Assembly (NCBI GenBank): GCA_026396515.1
Contig: JAPLWQ010000002.1
Coordinates: 317,575-328,883 of the forward strand
Origin: Candidatus Magasanikiibacteriota bacterium
GTDB lineage: Bacteria; Patescibacteriota; Patescibacteriia; Magasanikbacterales; GWA2-37-8
DNA length: 11,309 nucleotides
Direction: 5' to 3'
The position numbers and the translations under genes were made by a program. Shown here in pieces: positions 1 to 5,290 of this stretch (position 1 is the stretch's first letter; every line of letters begins with the position of its first letter). The notes under the pieces were generated by a model. That model saw only the letters and a list, made by a program, of their open reading frames with translations, ran no database searches and had not been told where the DNA came from.

Positions 1-13
1 AATGCCATTTTTG

Positions 14-22
14 TGCTATACT
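14..22 (+). promoter_or_regulatory. Putative extended -10 element (TGcTATACT) upstream of the lipoprotein gene
   Basis: tgctatact at 14-22 matches the TGnTATAAT-type extended -10. It lies in the AT-rich leader about 100 nt upstream of the ATG at 123. No clear -35 was identified. Confidence 0.3.
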
Positions 23-122
23 ATTCAGTTAAGTTCATTGAAAAAGCACTTAGATTAGCGAAAAAAAAGAATAACGGCAAAAACCGGTGCGAATGCGGTA
101 AAACCCGCAAAAGGGAGAAAAA

Positions 123-1640
123 ATGAAGAAGATCATCGGGGTCTTGGCACTGTGTCTGCTCGGAACGATTGCGTGCTCCAATGGCGACATGGCGTCCGAC
201 GATACGGACGACACCGACACCATGGAGTGCGACGACGACACCGGCAGCGATGCGGACGCGGATAGCGACAGCGACTCCGACTCCGACGCGGACAGTGACG
301 GCGATGCGGATACCGGCAGCGAGACCGATACCGGCTCGGAAACGAGCACGGATTCGGACAGTGGCTCGGAGACCGATACGGATTCGGCGTCTGACACAGG
401 GTCGGACAGTGAAACCGGAACCGAAGCTGACGCGGGAACGGACACCGGCAGTGAGACCGACACAGGGTCGGAGACTGACACGGGTTCGGACACCGACAGC
501 GAAACCGACTTCACGCTCCCGTATACCGGCTGGTTCGCCGAGGGCGGGTCGGGCGCGCACGCGAGTGCCAGCCCGGTCTACATTCATACCGGGTTTTACG
601 ATAGTGGTACGATCGACCTCGGCCTTCACTTCTGGTATACCCCGATCGTGGACGTTGATGGCAACATCTACGTTGCTGTTGATACCGGTGCGACGAACGC
701 TAAGATCGTGTCGTATACGGAGAGTGGTGATTACCGGTGGGAGTTCGAATACCCGGCGTACTATGGTTGCCCGCGCGAGCCAGTGATGGACGACGCCGGT
801 CACCTGTACGTTTCGGGCGCTCTTACCAACACGGTGTACTCCGTGAACACGGCAACGGGCGAAGCGGTCTGGTCTTACCAGAGCGACGTTGTCATGATTG
901 TCGAAGAGATGGTTCCGGTAGCGAATGGCGGTGTCGTGATCCGCGATATGAGTAGCGTGGAAGCAATCAACGAGGACGGCGAACAGGCTTGGGCGATCGA
1001 TTCGCTCGGGATGTCCCCGCAGTTCATGACCACGGATGCTGATGGCACGCTGTATCTGTCAATCGGCAGCGGCACGCTTCTGCAAATCGTGAATGGCGAA
1101 ATCATTTGGTTGTTCGCAATGCAGGTTCAGACACGGCCCGCGCTGAAAGACGGCATACTGTATGTGGTGGACATGGTCGCGAGCGACCCCGACCTCAACT
1201 CGGCCACCTACGCGATTCACGCTATCGATATTAACGAAGAGTCCATCGCTTGGACTTCATCCGAGATGGTGATGGCCGCGAACAGCGCCAAGCCGAGCGG
1301 CGTGTCGGTGGCTAACAACCTGGTGTACTTCGGTGTCGAGAATAAAATCAAGATGCTGTCCCAGGCGACCGGCATCGAGGTCGGCGAATACGTCTTCGGC
1401 GAGGTGGATGGATACAGCTTTGCTCCGCCGGTCGTTGATCCGGACGGTGTGGTGGTTGCCGCAAGAGGCAACAAGCTGTACATGCGTTACCTTGGCTCGT
1501 GGGATATAGTTTTCACGCCGAGCGTGGACATCCCCGACAACACCACCACGACTGCTGTTCTACCGACGCCGATCGCTGTGAGGAAAAACGGCGGTTTGCT
1601 CGTCGGGAGCAAATCGGGCAGGCTGTACTTCTTCAACTAG
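123..1640 (+). CDS. Secreted/lipoprotein-type protein: signal peptide with a lipobox-like TIAC, acidic D/S/T/G/E low-complexity linker, C-terminal PQQ-like (BamB/YfgL-like) beta-propeller repeats
   Basis: 505-aa ORF with a GGGAG SD 7 nt upstream of the ATG. The N-terminus MKKIIGVLALCLLGTIAC is a signal peptide with a Cys. About 100 aa of DSDSD/GSETDT repeats follow. After that come repeated motifs (GNIYVAVDTGA..., GHLYVSGAL..VYSVNTATGEAVWSY, DGTLYLSIGSG, DGILYVVD, NLVYFGVENK...ATG.EV, GVVVAARGNKLY) typical of PQQ-enzyme-like beta-propeller blades. The GC-rich codon usage is uniform along the ORF. Confidence 0.75.
   Translation: MKKIIGVLALCLLGTIACSNGDMASDDTDDTDTMECDDDTGSDADADSDSDSDSDADSDGDADTGSETDTGSETSTDSDSGSETDTDSASDTGSDSETGTEADAGTDTGSETDTGSETDTGSDTDSETDFTLPYTGWFAEGGSGAHASASPVYIHTGFYDSGTIDLGLHFWYTPIVDVDGNIYVAVDTGATNAKIVSYTESGDYRWEFEYPAYYGCPREPVMDDAGHLYVSGALTNTVYSVNTATGEAVWSYQSDVVMIVEEMVPVANGGVVIRDMSSVEAINEDGEQAWAIDSLGMSPQFMTTDADGTLYLSIGSGTLLQIVNGEIIWLFAMQVQTRPALKDGILYVVDMVASDPDLNSATYAIHAIDINEESIAWTSSEMVMAANSAKPSGVSVANNLVYFGVENKIKMLSQATGIEVGEYVFGEVDGYSFAPPVVDPDGVVVAARGNKLYMRYLGSWDIVFTPSVDIPDNTTTTAVLPTPIAVRKNGGLLVGSKSGRLYFFN
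195..512 (+). repeat. Imperfect in-frame tandem repeats (about 18-nt units such as accggcagcgagaccgat) encoding a D/S/T/G/E-rich linker (GSETDT, DSDSDS units)
   Basis: Repeated accggc(a/t)cgga(g/a)ac(c/g)ga(t/c)a-type units and gacagcgactccgac runs are visible directly in 195-512. The translation is almost entirely D, S, T, G, E and A. Confidence 0.7.
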
Positions 1641-1673
1641 CCGCTCTTTAATCCACTGGAGTTCCTTCCTTTA

Positions 1674-1697
1674 GCCCTGACTTTCTACAGTCGGGGC
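1674..1697 (+). other. GC-rich hairpin (gccctgact-ttctac-agtcggggc, 9-bp stem with one G.U wobble) just downstream of the lipoprotein stop
   Basis: An inverted repeat is visible in the sequence. It is not followed by a T-tract, so it may be a structural element at the edge of the GC-rich block rather than the terminator. Confidence 0.35.
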
Positions 1698-1708
1698 ACA
1701 TCTAAAAG

Positions 1709-1732
1709 ACACCACTTTACGTGGTGTTTTTT
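1709..1732. terminator. Bidirectional Rho-independent terminator between convergent genes (acaccac-tttac-gtggtgt followed by tttttt)
   Basis: A perfect 7-bp stem at 1709-1715/1721-1727 with a 5-nt loop and a T6 run at 1727-1732. On the minus strand the same hairpin follows the stop of the MGMT-like gene (1731-1733) and is followed by cttttag. Confidence 0.65.
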
Positions 1733-2003
1733 AGTATGATTTTTTAATAATATTTTTTATCCCTTCGTTTTTAAGCTTTGTAATTTTTAATTTTATCCCA
1801 CGGTTGTAGTCGCCGATTTTTCCGTCCGAGCGGGCGACGCGGTGGCAGGGGATCTTCGGGTCATAATTTTTATTTATAACTTTCCCTACTGCCCGCGCCG
1901 CCCTGGGCCGGCCGGATTTTCGTGCTACTTCGCCATATGTTAAAACTTTTCCTTTGGAGATTTTAGCGACGACCGATTTAACTTTTTGGGTGAAAGTTAG
2001 CAT
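1731..2003 (-). CDS. MGMT-family protein (methylated-DNA-protein-cysteine methyltransferase DNA-binding domain, Ogt C-terminal/Atl/YbaZ-like), active-site PCHRV present
   Basis: The 90-aa product contains LTYGEVA...GRP.AARAVG...N...IPCHRV, the MGMT C-terminal domain signature including the Cys acceptor motif PCHR. Its start overlaps the upstream gene stop as TAATG, indicating translational coupling. Confidence 0.8.
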   Translation of the reverse strand: MLTFTQKVKSVVAKISKGKVLTYGEVARKSGRPRAARAVGKVINKNYDPKIPCHRVARSDGKIGDYNRGIKLKITKLKNEGIKNIIKKSY

Positions 2004-2512
2004 TAAGAGAGCATATTATTTATAAACTCAATCTTTTTTGCATAATAATTCCTCGGGGACGTGCCATCATTTTGTATTTTTAATGTTTCATATTCTTTGA
2101 GAGCGTTTGGGTCATTCCTCAGTATTTTCTCAAATTTTATTGACCGTTTCCAATCAGAATGATTTTTATTTATCAAAAATATTTCAATTTTTATGTCATC
2201 AATATATTTAACAAAGCGTACACGCCTCAACGGGTAGACGCTACCCGGTTGGCCCAGATATTTAATGAGTTTGTCGAGGTAAACATTAAAATTTCTATTG
2301 GAGATGGGGATGTAGAGGTCTATCTCTCCTTGTCCGGCAATACCGAGTGCGGTTGAACCGCGAAGCGATATTCTTGTTTTACCCAAGACATTAATCAGGT
2401 CCTTTTTTATCATCTTAAATATTGTTTTGGTTTTCGGATTATAAGGCAGGACACTGATTATATTAGTGTCGCTTAAATGATTTACCCATTCTTGTTGTTC
2501 GGGTGTCAACAT
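2003..2512 (-). CDS. GrpB/UPF0157-like nucleotidyltransferase-fold protein
   Basis: The 169-aa product has IISVLPYNPKTKTIFKMIKKDLINVLGKTRISLRGSTALGIAGQGEIDLYI, which resembles the GrpB pattern (I.V..Y.P.W...F..E...L...LG.....HIGSTAVPG...IDI). This is the minimal NTase hG[GS]-x10-D motif, but the second acidic residue is replaced (DLY instead of DID). It is AT-rich with no SD. Confidence 0.5.
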   Translation of the reverse strand: MLTPEQQEWVNHLSDTNIISVLPYNPKTKTIFKMIKKDLINVLGKTRISLRGSTALGIAGQGEIDLYIPISNRNFNVYLDKLIKYLGQPGSVYPLRRVRFVKYIDDIKIEIFLINKNHSDWKRSIKFEKILRNDPNALKEYETLKIQNDGTSPRNYYAKKIEFINNMLS

Positions 2513-2534
2513 GTCGGGTATTCTATCAAGAAAA

Positions 2535-2590
2535 TGAAAAAAATAAAAAAGCCGCCGGCGGGAAACGCGGGCGGCGAGGCGGGGAGCGAT
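2535..2590 (-). terminator. Putative intrinsic terminator of the minus-strand GC-rich operon: GC-rich dyad (gccgccggcgg palindrome and flanking GC-rich repeats) followed by a T-rich run on the minus strand
   Basis: On the minus strand the GC-rich dyad cccgccggcggc is immediately followed by ttttttattttttt (plus-strand A-run 2535-2550). It lies right after the TGA stop (2597-2599) of the MIF-like gene. The exact stem could not be resolved by eye. Confidence 0.35.
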
Positions 2591-2596
2591 TGTCTC

Positions 2597-2962
2597 TCAG
2601 GTAGATACTTCCTTACTGAACGTAGAGAAGCCGATATCGTCGCGACTGACCGGGTGAACGAAACACTCGATCAGTGCGGTCTCGGGGAAGAATGCGCGGA
2701 CGGTGGTAACCAGGGCAGCGGCGAGAGCGTCCCGAACATCCGGCGTGCGATCCGGCTTCTTGAGGAGACTGTCGACGTAGATGATGATCTCTTCGCCCAG
2801 GCCGGCGGACATCATGTCACTCGGGAAAAAGCAGGAGACCTGGTCTGCGACCAACTCCAGCTCTTTGACCGCGGCGGTCGCTGCGCGCAGGTCATCGCAG
2901 AGTGCCTTGAGTTTCTTCTGGTTGGTCTTTCTCGGAATTCCGTAAACGATGATGACTGGCAT
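2597..2962 (-). CDS. Tautomerase-superfamily protein, MIF/D-dopachrome-tautomerase-like (Pro1 retained)
   Basis: The 121-aa product begins MPVIIVYGIPRK, close to MIF MPMFIVNTNVPR. A central VSCFFPSDMMSAGLGEE aligns with MIF IAVHVVPDQLMAFGGSSEP, and the length is MIF-like. There is a GGAG about 7 nt upstream and a TGATG overlap with the upstream gene. The sequence is GC-rich. Confidence 0.5.
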   Translation of the reverse strand: MPVIIVYGIPRKTNQKKLKALCDDLRAATAAVKELELVADQVSCFFPSDMMSAGLGEEIIIYVDSLLKKPDRTPDVRDALAAALVTTVRAFFPETALIECFVHPVSRDDIGFSTFSKEVST

Positions 2963-3318
2963 CAGACTGCTCCCACGATAGGACCGAGGTCGGGGTCGAC
3001 GGCGATTGCACCTTTCGGGACCTTGTCGCCGGCGCGGTAGAGGGCCGGACCGCCGATGCTGAGGACGCGGCCGTCGAGTTCGTGTTCCAGCTCCTCGATG
3101 GTTTTCAGGACCCGCTGGCGGCTGGCCTCGTTGCCGAGGTGCAGCACGTTAGCCCTGCCGCCGCTGTAGTGCCAGTCGACCTTCGCCTTGGCCTTTTCGG
3201 CCACGCGTCGCACCCAACGCTCCACGGCGTTGGAGCTTCCGTCGACGACGCAGACGCCTTTTCCTTTCTTGAAGATCGCGGGGTTGCACGGGGATGGGGT
3301 CGGTCCATCTGTTGCCAT
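2962..3318 (-). CDS. Hypothetical protein (118 aa), first gene of the GC-rich two-gene operon
   Basis: Strong SD AGGAGGTG 5 nt upstream of the ATG at 3318. It is translationally coupled to the MIF-like gene through a TGATG overlap. The motif GKGVCVVDGSSNAVERW is present, but no family could be assigned confidently from sequence alone. Confidence 0.6.
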   Translation of the reverse strand: MATDGPTPSPCNPAIFKKGKGVCVVDGSSNAVERWVRRVAEKAKAKVDWHYSGGRANVLHLGNEASRQRVLKTIEELEHELDGRVLSIGGPALYRAGDKVPKGAIAVDPDLGPIVGAV

Positions 3319-3358
3319 TGAAACACCTCCTGTGGGGTTTGTTCTAAGAACTAAACAA

Positions 3359-3387
3359 AAAATAGCACCAAAGTGCTATTTTGTCAA
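3359..3387 (-). promoter_or_regulatory. Sigma70-type promoter for the minus-strand GC-rich operon: -35 TTGACA (3382-3387), 17-nt spacer, extended -10 TGcTATTTT (3359-3367). A perfect 8-bp inverted repeat AATAGCAC-N4-GTGCTATT (3361-3380) lies in the spacer/-10 and is a putative operator.
   Basis: Read on the minus strand the region is ttgacaaaatagcactttggtgctatttt. The hexamers and spacing are directly visible. The palindrome overlapping the -10 is the classic geometry of a repressor operator. Confidence 0.5.
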
Positions 3388-3418
3388 CCCGGTAGAATGC
3401 ATAGGGGCCTCTACCGGG
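3388..3418. other. GC-rich hairpin (cccggtaga-N13-tctaccggg, 9-bp perfect stem) abutting the -35 at the boundary between GC-rich block 2 and AT-rich DNA
   Basis: A perfect inverted repeat is visible in the sequence. It has no adjacent T-tract on either strand. Its function is unknown; it could be a regulatory site or a recombination boundary. Confidence 0.35.
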
Positions 3419-3560
3419 CAGGCGCTCCCCATTAAGCACGTGTTTAGAACTTTAGATTGGGATAAGATAGCCATTGATTTGCGTATTTTTCAAGAAGATT
3501 GCCATTTTGCTTTAAAATGATAGGATGTAAATAAGGGTAAAACAGTCTTGATTGCCCTGA

Positions 3561-3575
3561 CTAAAAATGTAATGA
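3561..3575 (+). promoter_or_regulatory. Conserved 15-mer CTAAAAATGTAATGA (copy 1) upstream of the 408-aa hypothetical gene. It contains a start-stop-stop triplet ATG-TAA-TGA.
   Basis: An identical 15-mer recurs at 5274-5288 directly upstream of the 376-aa hypothetical gene. Confidence 0.4.
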
Positions 3576-3585
3576 CCAATTGAAT

Positions 3586-4824
3586 ATGAACGAAGAAGAA
3601 GATTTAGACAATCAAAATCTTAACTATTTCAATAACGATTACCTGTTTTTGATAATTCTGATTTTGTTAGAGAAATATCATACAGGCGAACGGGATGGCT
3701 ACGGCGTAAGTAGCGCTTTTACGCTGAATGAGTTTATAAAAGGCAACTTATCCAAATGTGAAGAAATTACAGGCGAAATTGAAGATACAAACGATTACAG
3801 TAGCCCAAACGAATACGTTTTAAGCCATATAATCAGAATAGGCGATGACTTAAATATAATAAAACTCCGACAAATAGGCGCTTTCAAAATGAGCGTAATG
3901 TTGGAACAGGTTGTTGAATACGCCATAAATAACGATAAAACATTCCCACCTGAAGCAGGATATTACTGCGCTGTAATTGACGAGATAATGAAATTGCAGA
4001 TTATCGAAAAAGAGCGAAATGAAAATCTTTTTAAGGCAAAGGAATACACCTTTGAAAAAACCAGAGAACCGATATTTTTTAACGATAACTACAGTAAGCA
4101 TATTGCCCTATTGCTTGATATAGTTCCTGAATATATATACTTACGAGCAACCTTTATTGACGAAGAAGTAAACACCATTGAAAAAGAAATAAAAACTTTT
4201 TTAGATGACTTTAGCAATGACCTACTTAAAGACTACCAGCCAGATTATGCCCTAACCAGTCGCTTATATTTTACCAAACAAATCGAGAATTTCTACGCCT
4301 ACCTAAACACGCTCCCACTTGTTGGAAATACCGTGAATATACCTTTTACCGTATTAGGCAATAAAGATTTTGAAGTAGTTAAAATCTTAAAATTTCTTGA
4401 GCTTAATAAGAGAATTAGAATAAACAAATGGAACGATGAAGCTTTTTGGAAAGTCGATTTTATAGATACCCCGATTACAATTGAAAGCCTTGTTAGCAAT
4501 ACAAAATCGCCCAGGCAGTCAAAGCCAAGAGTAAGCACAAAGTTCAAAGACGGCACGTTATATTTTGAAGATAAGCAATTTAACTTTAATAGAAAGCAAA
4601 TACAAAAAGACCTGCTTAATACCCTATTCAAAAAGCCTAAGTATAATTGGAGCAATGATGAGATATGGGAAGACTGGGGCGAGGAAGATTTTAAAAATAA
4701 GACATTAAAATTTTATACGGCCAGCGATGAGATAAATAAAATGATAGCCTTGGAAACTGGCGTTAGAGATTTTTTAATAAAAGGCACAAAACAAGTCCAA
4801 ATTAACCCTAAATATGTAAGTTAA
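3586..4824 (+). CDS. Hypothetical protein (about 408 aa) with no recognisable domain. The ORF track starts at a TTG at 3580; the first ATG is at 3586.
   Basis: Long uninterrupted AT-rich ORF with host-like codon usage and no SD, like all AT-rich genes here. Its N-terminal acidic stretch is followed by a hydrophobic LFLIILILLEKY segment. No ATPase, nuclease or MTase motifs were seen. Confidence 0.6.
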   Translation: MNEEEDLDNQNLNYFNNDYLFLIILILLEKYHTGERDGYGVSSAFTLNEFIKGNLSKCEEITGEIEDTNDYSSPNEYVLSHIIRIGDDLNIIKLRQIGAFKMSVMLEQVVEYAINNDKTFPPEAGYYCAVIDEIMKLQIIEKERNENLFKAKEYTFEKTREPIFFNDNYSKHIALLLDIVPEYIYLRATFIDEEVNTIEKEIKTFLDDFSNDLLKDYQPDYALTSRLYFTKQIENFYAYLNTLPLVGNTVNIPFTVLGNKDFEVVKILKFLELNKRIRINKWNDEAFWKVDFIDTPITIESLVSNTKSPRQSKPRVSTKFKDGTLYFEDKQFNFNRKQIQKDLLNTLFKKPKYNWSNDEIWEDWGEEDFKNKTLKFYTASDEINKMIALETGVRDFLIKGTKQVQINPKYVS

Positions 4825-4858
4825 AGTTAGGTAAAGTTAGATAAACACTTATTCTGTA

Positions 4859-4895
4859 AAATAACCTTATAACAAACTAAGGTTATTTTTTATTT
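4859..4895 (+). terminator. Rho-independent terminator (aaataacctt - ataacaaact - aaggttattt followed by tttatttg)
   Basis: A perfect 10-bp inverted repeat at 4859-4868/4879-4888 with a 10-nt loop and a downstream T-run, located 35 nt after the stop at 4824. Confidence 0.6.
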
Positions 4896-5003
4896 GCAAT
4901 CAAAACGAACAACTGACTAATGAGCAACTCGAAGCCAAGCATAATCTGACTGGCTTTTTTAAGTTGCTCTTGGAAATTGATATGCGAAATAACCCACATC
5001 TTT

Positions 5004-5264
5004 ATGAAGATAACGGAAGTCCAGATAATACCGATTAAGGCCAATAACGGCTTAATAGCCTTTGGGAGCGTATTGTTTGACGATTGCCTATTCTTAGGCT
5101 CAATCGGCATACACAAAAAGCTCGATGGGAGCGGTTATCGAATAACCTACCCTACAAAGAAAATCGGCGAAAAAGATATAAATATCTTTCATCCAATAAA
5201 TAAAGAAGTAAGTAAGCTCATTGAAGATGAGATTATAAAAAAAGTGAACAGGCTGTTTGCCTAA
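5004..5264 (+). CDS. spoVG: SpoVG-family nucleic-acid-binding protein
   Basis: MKITEVQIIPIKANNGLIAFGSVLFDDCLFLGSIGIHKKLDGSGYRITYPTKKIGEKDINIFHPINKEVSKLIEDEIIKKV aligns along its length with the SpoVG consensus (..V.DVRL..V..EG.MKAIASITLDD.FVVHDIRVI.G.NGLFVAMPSKR...GEFRDIAHPIN.E.R..I..AV). The ORF track begins at a TTG at 4977, but the in-frame ATG at 5004 gives the canonical SpoVG N-terminus. Confidence 0.7.
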   Translation: MKITEVQIIPIKANNGLIAFGSVLFDDCLFLGSIGIHKKLDGSGYRITYPTKKIGEKDINIFHPINKEVSKLIEDEIIKKVNRLFA

Positions 5265-5273
5265 AAATCACTT

Positions 5274-5288
5274 TCTAAAAATGTAATG
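5274..5288 (+). promoter_or_regulatory. Conserved 15-mer CTAAAAATGTAATGA (copy 2), 2 nt upstream of the ATG of the 376-aa gene. It is preceded by a partial copy, ctaaaaatcac, at 5261.
   Basis: Exact repeat of 3561-3575. Confidence 0.4.
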
Positions 5289-5290
5289 AA

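Noticed and set aside
21-955. ORF-track frames 21..803(-), 50..514(-), 169..786(+) and 737..955(+) overlapping the lipoprotein gene
   Set aside because: These are shadow ORFs of the kind expected in about 60% GC DNA. Their translations are low-complexity Arg/Ala/Val/Ser-rich with no motifs. The 123..1640 frame has the SD, signal peptide and a coherent domain structure.
875-1483. Minus-strand ORFs 875..1105 and 1217..1483
   Set aside because: They are antisense to the well-supported PQQ-propeller CDS, are short, and have no start context.
2477-3040. Plus-strand 187-aa ORF across the MIF-like locus, plus 2159..2356(+), 3082..3321(+), 3105..3326(-) and 3188..3520(+)
   Set aside because: They are antisense to or overlap the minus-strand operon. 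That operon has a consensus promoter, an AGGAGGTG RBS, TGATG coupling and an MIF-like product. Long random ORFs are expected on the opposite strand of GC-rich genes.
3580-3585. TTG start at 3580 used by the ORF track (MNMNEEE...)
   Set aside because: An in-frame ATG lies 2 codons downstream at 3586. TTG is possible, but the ATG is the more conservative call. The SpoVG ORF likewise runs from a TTG at 4977 versus the ATG at 5004.
3850-4655. Minus-strand ORFs 3850..4101 and 4299..4655 inside the 408-aa gene
   Set aside because: They are antisense, and their translations are hydrophobic and low-complexity as expected for AT-rich antisense frames. The plus-strand ORF is far longer.
4819-4846. Tandem 9-mer TAAAGTTAG x2 spanning the stop codon of the 408-aa gene, considered as possible iterons
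   Set aside because: There are only two copies with no further repeats nearby. This is most likely a chance repeat in AT-rich sequence.
4883-5116. Minus-strand 77-aa ORF overlapping the terminator and the SpoVG start
   Set aside because: It overlaps the well-supported SpoVG CDS and the upstream terminator hairpin, and no supporting signals were found.
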